Assembly (NCBI GenBank): GCA_041178085.1
Contig: JBEGVZ010000085.1
Coordinates: 82,229-146,228, forward strand
Direction: 5' to 3'
From: Pseudomonadota bacterium
GTDB lineage: Bacteria; Bdellovibrionota_B; Oligoflexia; Oligoflexales; RGVZ01
Length of the DNA stretch: 64,000 bases
Part shown: in pieces, positions 55,735 to 63,016 of the stretch
How the letters are laid out: each line of letters begins with the position of its first letter
Numbering within the stretch: the stretch's first letter is position 1
Notes under the pieces: generated by a model
What the model was told of the DNA's origin: nothing
Database searches by the model: none
Seen by the model: the letters and a program-made list of their open reading frames with translations, nothing else
Program-made: the position numbers and the translations under genes

Positions 55735-55917
55735 AGATCCTCCTTGAGTAACGCGCAGCAAAGAAGGTGCCAGCGGGGAACAGATTTTCCGGCGAGGCCT
55801 TCTTTAGCTTCACATTGGCGGAATTCTTGAAAGGCACTTAGCCCAGGAGCCGGGCAGGAGCCGTCCATGGATCAGGTGGCCGTGAGTCGGCGATATCAGG
55901 CAGGGGGGAATCTAAAA

Positions 55918-56469
55918 ATGAAAATTTTTTCAAAAGTATTGGCAGCATGTGTCATGGCGGCGAGCGGTGTCGTGTTTCCTGGTCCCACACTTGGACTTTC
56001 GGACATGACGGATTGCCCTGTGAATCCACAGATTGTCGTGAGCGATGTCACGACGCAGTGGGTTTACCGTTGGGAAGTAATCTCAGCTTTTCCCCGATTC
56101 TATGACCGAATTCCCAGGGAAGAAAATGCGGACATCATCCGTGTATTTAAAGTAACCAAACGAACGGAAAGTACCGGATTCCCCGACACGTCTGTGCCTT
56201 TTGAACGGCGTGTCGAAGTGTTTTATACCGGTGGCGACTGGATGGAATTTGGTTTCACTTATTTTGTGACCGATGCCCACAACCCGCATCATGGTGGAGG
56301 GGCATACGGAGGTGCCTATTTTATTTCTGACATGTCGACGACGGACCGCGAGGAGGGGGCAGAACCGCCCAAGGTTGACCCCTTGAATCCCGCCACGCTG
56401 GCTTCCTATATCAGCACAAATTTTTTAGATGCTTCGGGTGAGGTAAAAGCGACTTTCAAGCCTTTATAG
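55918..56469 (+). CDS. secreted hypothetical protein (183 aa)
   Basis: Trimmed to Met18 (GGGGGGA upstream). It has a signal peptide MKIFSKVLAACVMAASG. No family recognised. Confidence 0.55.
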   Translation: MKIFSKVLAACVMAASGVVFPGPTLGLSDMTDCPVNPQIVVSDVTTQWVYRWEVISAFPRFYDRIPREENADIIRVFKVTKRTESTGFPDTSVPFERRVEVFYTGGDWMEFGFTYFVTDAHNPHHGGGAYGGAYFISDMSTTDREEGAEPPKVDPLNPATLASYISTNFLDASGEVKATFKPL

Positions 56470-56511
56470 CGAACACTCGTCTTTGACTGTGCTAGGGAGT
56501 AAAGGTCCGCT

Positions 56512-57780
56512 TTATTTTAAATGCACCAGGGTCAGTGACAGGGCGGGCCAGAAAGTCACCAGAGCCAGCCCTGCCAGCAGCATCAGCATCGGCCTCAAGG
56601 TTGCCCGGATGACATCTCCCAGGGGTTGCTTGAAAGCCGCCGATGCAACGAAAAGGTTGATGCCAACGGGTGGCGTCAAATATCCGATCTCCAGATTGAC
56701 GATCATGATGATCCCGAAGTGAACCGGATCGATTCCGTAGTGAACTGCCATCGGTGTCAGCAGTGGCGCAAAAACCAGGATCGCACTCATGATGTCCATG
56801 AAACAACCCGCTGCCAGAAGTAGCAAGTTCACGCCGACCAGAAATCCAGTCTTGCTGGTAATGACTGCAGAAAGGTCCTCGACAAGCCCTTGGGGAACCT
56901 GCTCGATGATCAGGAATTTGTTGAAGCTGACGGCAAACAGAAGAATAAAAAAGATCATTCCGAGCATCTGTGTCGTATCAGTCATCGCCTTCCAAACCGC
57001 GGGAACCGTGAGCTCACGGTAGAAGCCGAGCTCAATTACGAGGGCGGTAAACACAGCGATGGCGGCTGCCTCCGTTGCGGTGAAGAAACCGCTGTAGATT
57101 CCGCCAAGGATGATCACCGGCACAACGAGCGAAAGGAATCCGGTTTTTAGCGCAACCAGAAACTCCTCCCCGCTCCACCGGCCCCGCGGCATGCCGCGGC
57201 CATGAATCATCGCGTAGATCATCAATAACGAAGCCAGAAGTAGTCCTGGCAGAACCCCTCCGATGAACATGTCCGTTACAGGTACGTTTGCCATGATGGA
57301 GTAGACGATCATGGGGATGCTGGGCGGGATGATGATGCCAAGTGTGCCAGCCGAGGCAAGAAGGCCCACGGCAAATCCAGGCTTGTAGCCTGCTTGAACC
57401 AGCGCCGGGTACATCATCGTGCCGATGGCAATCAGGGTCACAGGCGAAGAGCCAGAGATGGCCGCAAATAACGTACAGGAAAGGACGGCGGCAACACCGA
57501 GGCCGGCCGGGAGCGGAGCCGTCAAGGCAGATGCGATGCGGATCAAACGCTTGGCAATCGCCCCCTGGGTCATCAGATTTCCCGCCAGAATGAAGAGCGG
57601 GATTGCCAGCAGGATTTCCTTGTCCGCGGCAAAGTAGATGTCCTCGACAATGCCAGACAGTTCCGCATTGCCTTGAAGGCTGTAGCAAAGGACAGCCACA
57701 ACACCCATCAGCAGAAAAAGCGGCAGTCCGGCAATCAGACCAAACAGAAGGAACGCTGCCAGTGCCAGGCCAAGGGACAT
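56512..57780 (-). CDS. dctM: TRAP transporter large permease (DctM family)
   Basis: Polytopic protein of 422 aa after trimming to Met37. Its start overlaps the dctQ stop by 1 nt. Confidence 0.93.
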   Translation of the reverse strand: MSLGLALAAFLLFGLIAGLPLFLLMGVVAVLCYSLQGNAELSGIVEDIYFAADKEILLAIPLFILAGNLMTQGAIAKRLIRIASALTAPLPAGLGVAAVLSCTLFAAISGSSPVTLIAIGTMMYPALVQAGYKPGFAVGLLASAGTLGIIIPPSIPMIVYSIMANVPVTDMFIGGVLPGLLLASLLMIYAMIHGRGMPRGRWSGEEFLVALKTGFLSLVVPVIILGGIYSGFFTATEAAAIAVFTALVIELGFYRELTVPAVWKAMTDTTQMLGMIFFILLFAVSFNKFLIIEQVPQGLVEDLSAVITSKTGFLVGVNLLLLAAGCFMDIMSAILVFAPLLTPMAVHYGIDPVHFGIIMIVNLEIGYLTPPVGINLFVASAAFKQPLGDVIRATLRPMLMLLAGLALVTFWPALSLTLVHLK

Positions 57781-58283
57781 CAGTGGACCCCCGCGCGAAC
57801 GGGCCGCGTCGATGGGAAAAGGGCGAATACGATGTGCTTGGTCGCCATGAGCGCAAACGTTGCTGGAAAGATTGCCTGTACCACCCACAATGGAACGCCC
57901 GTGATGACGTTCAAATCACCGAAATCCTTGCTTTGCTGGACATAAGCCAGCGCGATGTGGGCAAAGTAGCCGCAGAATACGGCCGTGGTCAGTTCCCGAA
58001 GGAAGACGATTCCCTGCAGGATCCGTTTGGGCAGGATCTGGTCGCCGACTTCAGGGCGCAAGTGACCGGCCGCAGACGACGCAAGGCTTACGCCAAGGCA
58101 GCCAGCAAGAATCATGAAGTGAAGACTCAGCTTTTGAGCCCAAGGCAGGCTCATCCCTGCAACTTCGCGTAGGATGACGTCTGCACATAAGAGCACGGCC
58201 ATGGCTCCCACGGAGAGGCCAGCAATGAGGCGTTCAGCCCCCGCAATCACCTGAAGTCCGCGATGGATAACCGGATGCGTCAA
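57780..58283 (-). CDS. dctQ: TRAP transporter small permease (DctQ family)
   Basis: 167 aa with 4 TM helices, in the position typical of DctQ. Confidence 0.85.
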   Translation of the reverse strand: MTHPVIHRGLQVIAGAERLIAGLSVGAMAVLLCADVILREVAGMSLPWAQKLSLHFMILAGCLGVSLASSAAGHLRPEVGDQILPKRILQGIVFLRELTTAVFCGYFAHIALAYVQQSKDFGDLNVITGVPLWVVQAIFPATFALMATKHIVFALFPSTRPVRAGVH

Positions 58284-58316
58284 GGCCAGCGTCCTCCCGT
58301 TGGTGACGATCAGTCT

Positions 58317-59378
58317 TTACTTCTTCCTGGTCTTGAACTGTTTTTTGCCTTCAAGGACTGTCGCATAGATCTTGCCAGCGTCGCCTCCGATACTCTTGAC
58401 GACTTCAGCCGCAAGGCCATCTACCGATTTTCTAAATGCAGCTTTTTCGGCGTCGTTGAGGGTCTCGATCTTGATTCCTGAACCCTGGAGAACAGAGATC
58501 AGCTCTTTGCCGATGGCTCGCACCGCGGCACGACCTTCAGGAGCCAGCTTGTTGCCTGGTCCAGTCAGGATTTTGCGGTCTTCATCGGAAAGCTTGCTCC
58601 AGAAAGCCTTGCTGTAGAGGATCGCCGCTGGCTGGTAGATGTGTTCGGTCACCGAGAAGTGTTTGATGGCGGTTTGCCATTCGGCAGAAAGAGTTAGCAG
58701 CGCTGTGTTATCAAAACCCTCGACCAGGCCAGTTTGCAAGGCAGGTAGCGTTTCAGGCATCGAGATTGGCACGGGATTGGCGCCAAGACGCTTCCAGAAG
58801 GCAAGATGGACTTTGCTTTCTTGCGAACGCACTTTCAGTCCCTTGAGGTCTTCAGGCTTCCTGACTACGCGCGATTTTGTGCCGATGTTACGCCAGCCGT
58901 TTTCCGCCCACGAATTCAGGATAAAACCCTTGGCTTCGAAGATTTTTACAAACGGCTCCCAGAGGTGCTGGTCAAGGACGTAGTCGGCTTCTTCATAGCT
59001 TTCAAAAAGGTAGGGAATCTCGAGGACATCGAGTTCTGGAATCACGCTGGCGAGGGCACCGGCTGTGACACCGCCACCTTCGATACGTCCGCGACGGATA
59101 CCCTGCGTGATTTCAAGTTCGCCTCCTAACTGTCCACCCATGTAGGCTTTGACCTGGACCCGTCCCTTGCTGTCTGCATCCACACGCTTGCGGATCTGGT
59201 CCAGCACGTCGGCCCAGGGAGTGCCTGTCGGCGCGACGGTGGCAAGTTTTACGGTTACTTTCGCAGCCGCGGACGCAGCCGTCGTCCGCGCGATGGCCCC
59301 GGCCAGGCCCACGCACAGCAGAGTAGTTACAAAGACACTGGTGATAAGGATCCAGAGGCGACTTATCTTGGTGGTCAT
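58317..59378 (-). CDS. dctP: TRAP transporter substrate-binding protein (DctP family)
   Basis: 353 aa with a signal peptide and DctP-type motifs (KLATVAPTGTPW..., GGELE...). It starts 1 nt after the upstream gene's stop. Confidence 0.92.
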   Translation of the reverse strand: MTTKISRLWILITSVFVTTLLCVGLAGAIARTTAASAAAKVTVKLATVAPTGTPWADVLDQIRKRVDADSKGRVQVKAYMGGQLGGELEITQGIRRGRIEGGGVTAGALASVIPELDVLEIPYLFESYEEADYVLDQHLWEPFVKIFEAKGFILNSWAENGWRNIGTKSRVVRKPEDLKGLKVRSQESKVHLAFWKRLGANPVPISMPETLPALQTGLVEGFDNTALLTLSAEWQTAIKHFSVTEHIYQPAAILYSKAFWSKLSDEDRKILTGPGNKLAPEGRAAVRAIGKELISVLQGSGIKIETLNDAEKAAFRKSVDGLAAEVVKSIGGDAGKIYATVLEGKKQFKTRKK

Positions 59379-59379
59379 G

Positions 59380-60270
59380 TCAGAAGTACTCCGCCATCTT
59401 GTCCATCATTTTCTTGGCTTTTCGTTGCTCGACAATCTGCTCAGGGACGATGTCCGGCAGGCTTTCTGGTTTGGCTTTCAGCACAAATTCCAGATGCTTC
59501 TTGAACATCTCCTTGTCACCTTTTTTTGGCGCAAGCGTATCCGCGATCAGGACGTGGGTTCCGAAATAGTCGTTACTCATCTTGAGGGAGCGCTGAAAGT
59601 TTTCTTCGCTCTTGGTCAGGCTACCGCCCGCAAAAGAAGGCGCGACTGCATAGTAAGCGCCCCAGTAGCGCGGAGCCGCACCGTAGAAATAATCAGGCTT
59701 CAGCGCCTCTACGCGTTCGATCATCAGGCGGATCCGGTTTTTGTTCGCGAGCATCGTTGGCAGACCGGAGAGGCGGGCCCACTTGCCAAGGTTCGATGCG
59801 GTCCAATAAAGCGCGGGGACCTCAGCGGCCGTCAGGGTGTCGAGGGCTTCCTCAATCTTCTTGCCCTCATCCTTTACGCGCTTGCGGAAGCTGGCGTTGG
59901 TGGCAAGGGCGCGCTCCCCCCATGCAGTCCCGGTTTCCCAGGTAGCTTTTTTCTGGGCTTCTTCGGTCATGTGTCCATCTGCAAGGAAGTAGTAGCCCCG
60001 CGTCAGGTAAACGAGAGATTCGACGTCATTCGCGTCTTGATTGACCAGTTGTTCAAAGAGGCGCAGGGATGCTTCCAGGTCCGACTGGTTCAGGCGCTTG
60101 CCCCATAAAGCAAGAGCTTCGGCCTTTTTCTTTTTAACTTCTGATGCCGTGATGCTTGATGTTCCAGAGGACTTGTCCCAGCCGGCCTGGCGAGTTGTTG
60201 CACAACTGGTCAAGAACGTTGCGAGAAAAGTAGCAGTGAAGAATCCTGTGCAGGCTCTGGTGAATCTCAT
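59380..60270 (-). CDS. TPR-like lipoprotein, probable TatT-type accessory component of the TRAP transporter
   Basis: It has the lipobox FLTSC and an all-helical repeat protein of about 296 aa. It is tightly coupled upstream of dctP. Trimmed from the GTG at 60285 to the ATG at 60270 (GAGGGGA upstream). Confidence 0.6.
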   Translation of the reverse strand: MRFTRACTGFFTATFLATFLTSCATTRQAGWDKSSGTSSITASEVKKKKAEALALWGKRLNQSDLEASLRLFEQLVNQDANDVESLVYLTRGYYFLADGHMTEEAQKKATWETGTAWGERALATNASFRKRVKDEGKKIEEALDTLTAAEVPALYWTASNLGKWARLSGLPTMLANKNRIRLMIERVEALKPDYFYGAAPRYWGAYYAVAPSFAGGSLTKSEENFQRSLKMSNDYFGTHVLIADTLAPKKGDKEMFKKHLEFVLKAKPESLPDIVPEQIVEQRKAKKMMDKMAEYF

Positions 60271-60377
60271 GAAGTTTCCCCTCACACCTTGTGACTATTT
60301 TTTGAACAGATTGGATGCGTAGTTCTCCCCCCTAGCTTACCGCCAATAGGCACCCGTTGCACATGGGGCCAATGCGA

Positions 60378-61667
60378 TCAGCGCGTAAAATAGCTTTCCA
60401 GCATCGGATTCAGGAAAATCCGCCCAGGGTCGTATTGTTGGCGCAATTCCTCGAAGTGATTCCAACGGGGGTAAATGGTCTCGATTTCCTGGCGGGTCAT
60501 GTGATGAACTTTGCCCCAGTGCGGTCGCCCGCCGAACTTCTTGAATACGGGCTCTGCCGCAGCGAATAGCTGTTTCATCGCAAAGTGGCGGTAGACGTGG
60601 ATGGAGATGATCGCGCTTTTCCTTCCATGCATCGGGCTGACCCAGGCCCGGTCCACACCAGCGACGCGAAACTCGACGGGAAAAAAGACGGGAATCCTCT
60701 CCCGCTCGATCAGGTTCATGATCTCCTTGAAACACTCAACCCCGCGTTCGATGGGAACCGCATATTCCATCTCGGTAAAAACAACATTGCGCTCCGAAGG
60801 AAAGACGCGATGGGAGGGTTCAGCAAAGTCACTCGGTGGATTGATGGCGCCACACAGGCGGCTGATGGCTGGCGCCAGCGCGGGAACCATGGTCGCTGTC
60901 TTGCAAAATGCGCCAAATGCGACGCGCTCTAGAATTTTTTCTGAACAGAACCTGAGCATTGGATTCCGTCTATTTTCAATTTTTTCCGGGTTGCAGGTCT
61001 TAACCTGTGCCAGGGATGAAAACGGAAACCAGAAAAACTCAAAATGCCGGTTGTTCGCTGCGAACTCGTCCACCCGGGCAAGTACATCGTTGACTGGCAT
61101 GTTCTCCGAGCGCTGCCGGAGCAAGTAGGCATCCTGGCATTGGATTTTGAAACGTGTCGTGATTCCAAAAGTCCCGAAGTTCACCCGACAGGCGTTCAGG
61201 CGGTCACCTGGAGTGTCTTCATTGACGACGTGGACAGTACCGTTGCCATCGACGAATTCCATTTCACTGACGAAGCCCGCAAGACTGGCAAATCCAAGAC
61301 CTGTTCCGTGCGTCCCCGTGCTGAATGCCCCGGCAAGGGTCTGTCGGTCGATATCCCCCTGATTGCCAAGGCCAAGCCCCTGTTCGAAGAGTTTCTCCGT
61401 GGCGACGTGAATCGGAGTGCCTGCCAAAAAATCTGCCTGCTTTTTATCCGGTTCGATGCCAATGAGGCCGCTCATCAAGCTCAGGTCGACGAGGATTTCC
61501 TGGGACTCTATCAGGCGTGAAAAGGAATGGCGCGAACCGGCAACGCGGATTTTTGTCCCGCGTTTTCGGGCCATCTTCACCACCTCCACGACCTCTTCCA
61601 CATTGGTTGGCATCACTATGGATTCAGGGGAAAAGCGGACATTTCCGGACCAATTGCTTACTTTCAT
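60378..61667 (-). CDS. FAD-linked oxidase of the gulonolactone / arabinonolactone / alditol oxidase group
   Basis: 429 aa. The N-terminal FAD_binding_4-type domain shows NWSGNV...VRVAGSRHSFS. The C-terminal ALO-type domain shows GGRPHWGK. There is no signal peptide. Confidence 0.85.
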   Translation of the reverse strand: MKVSNWSGNVRFSPESIVMPTNVEEVVEVVKMARKRGTKIRVAGSRHSFSRLIESQEILVDLSLMSGLIGIEPDKKQADFLAGTPIHVATEKLFEQGLGLGNQGDIDRQTLAGAFSTGTHGTGLGFASLAGFVSEMEFVDGNGTVHVVNEDTPGDRLNACRVNFGTFGITTRFKIQCQDAYLLRQRSENMPVNDVLARVDEFAANNRHFEFFWFPFSSLAQVKTCNPEKIENRRNPMLRFCSEKILERVAFGAFCKTATMVPALAPAISRLCGAINPPSDFAEPSHRVFPSERNVVFTEMEYAVPIERGVECFKEIMNLIERERIPVFFPVEFRVAGVDRAWVSPMHGRKSAIISIHVYRHFAMKQLFAAAEPVFKKFGGRPHWGKVHHMTRQEIETIYPRWNHFEELRQQYDPGRIFLNPMLESYFTR

Positions 61668-61681
61668 CGGCTTGTGTCCTG

Positions 61682-62899
61682 TCAGATGAACTTCTTGCCT
61701 TCACCCCGGTAAGTGGGTGCTGTCCCTTTAAGTTTTCCATCTTCAATCAGATGGATTTCATTGAAGTGCTCGCAGAGTTCGCCCGCCTTTGCGTGACGGA
61801 AAAACACGGGATCTCCAATACCCAGTTGGGTGACATTTCCCGTCAATGGTGTTTGCACTTCCCCTGCTCCTTCAAGGTCTGAAAGGAGAAGACCCTCTGG
61901 AAGCCAGGGCCTTGGTAGCTTCGCCTTGCCGGCTGCCCCGGATGCGACAAGGCCGCCGCCGTGGCAGGTACGCCAGCTTTGATCCGGCCTGCGGGTCACG
62001 CGCAAGGCAAATCCCATCGCAGGGTTTAGGTGGAGATTTTCGTAGTGGTCGAACAGCCCCGGAGCGTAGAAGCCTGATCCCGCAGTCAGCTCGGTGAGCG
62101 AGGGATCATCCGCAGCCGCTGAGAGGCTCCCCGTCCCCCCGCCATTGAACAGATCAAGCGTCAGGCGAGCGGTATCGTTCAACTCCCCGCGCATCCTGAC
62201 TGCGGCTTCGAGGATCTGGCGTCGCTGGTCCTTGATGCGCGCAAGGGACCCCCTTTTGAGCATGCGGATGATGCTGTTTTGCCGCCAGTTGAGCGGGTCC
62301 CTGTCGGGCACTCCTGCCACCTGGGCCTCGTAACCCATGAAGCCCCGGACAATCAGTCCGTCCCGCTTGAGGGCCTCCCGCACCATTCGCATGACTTGAT
62401 CCACCGATCTTAGTGGTGACCGGCGGACGCCAAAGTGCAGTCCGGGCAGGGCAAGGGAGTGATCGACATCAAGGCAGACGTTGACCTGAGTGCCTGTCCT
62501 CTTTGCCAGCTCCTGCAATTTGTCCAGATGTTCTGGGGCGCAAGCCATGAAGGTGAGCGGATATTTTCCGGTAGCGCCGCTAAGTTCCGCTGCCTCCTCA
62601 AAATCGCCAGGTTCTGTGGTCGGGTAGCCGGTCAGGATGTCTTCGAACCCGGTCTTGGATAGCCAAACCGCCTCTGACACCGAATAGGCCATGAGCCCCT
62701 TAAAGGCCGCGGATTGATTCAAGATCTGGCGTAGAACCCAGGTGCATCGGATGGATTTTGTCGCAATCCTGACCGGTCGCCCGCGGGCCGAGGCTGCGAG
62801 CGTATCGATGTTGCGCTTGAGTTGCTCGAGGTCGATAAAGAGCGCCGGCAGTCGCGTTGCGGACAGGGCATCTTTATAGACCTGATATCGATCAGCCAT
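61682..62899 (-). CDS. fold-type III PLP enzyme (alanine-racemase-N / D-serine dehydratase-like; amino acid deaminase or aldolase)
   Basis: 405 aa with a putative PLP lysine in VRIATKSIRC. The barrel-plus-beta C-domain layout matches the DSD1 / D-threonine aldolase group as I recall it. There is no signal peptide. Confidence 0.8.
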   Translation of the reverse strand: MADRYQVYKDALSATRLPALFIDLEQLKRNIDTLAASARGRPVRIATKSIRCTWVLRQILNQSAAFKGLMAYSVSEAVWLSKTGFEDILTGYPTTEPGDFEEAAELSGATGKYPLTFMACAPEHLDKLQELAKRTGTQVNVCLDVDHSLALPGLHFGVRRSPLRSVDQVMRMVREALKRDGLIVRGFMGYEAQVAGVPDRDPLNWRQNSIIRMLKRGSLARIKDQRRQILEAAVRMRGELNDTARLTLDLFNGGGTGSLSAAADDPSLTELTAGSGFYAPGLFDHYENLHLNPAMGFALRVTRRPDQSWRTCHGGGLVASGAAGKAKLPRPWLPEGLLLSDLEGAGEVQTPLTGNVTQLGIGDPVFFRHAKAGELCEHFNEIHLIEDGKLKGTAPTYRGEGKKFI

Positions 62900-62917
62900 T
62901 GCTTTTTTCCTGACAAT

Positions 62918-62960
62918 TTACCAAATGTTACCACGTCCAGCGCCAAGGCCGTGCTGGTAA
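62918..62960. repeat. three TTACCA half-sites in the divergent promoter region
   Basis: TTACCA occurs at 62918-62923 and 62928-62933 (10-bp phasing). Its complement TGGTAA occurs at 62955-62960. All were read directly. Confidence 0.5.
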
Positions 62961-63016
62961 TGAATTATGGCAAGGTAGCCGATCCGTTTTGAGATTCATT
63001 TTACGGTGCCATTGCC

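Noticed and set aside
55229-56511. Integrated mobile element at tRNA-Arg
   Set aside because: I found no integrase, recombinase, transposase or direct repeat of the tRNA 3' end. It is reported only as a compositional islet, not as a mobile element.
60348-60361. AGGCAC-CCG-TTGCA sigma54-like motif between the oxidase gene and the TRAP operon
   Set aside because: The spacing between the GG and GC elements is 2 nt too short. It also points (plus strand) into the 3' end of a minus-strand gene.
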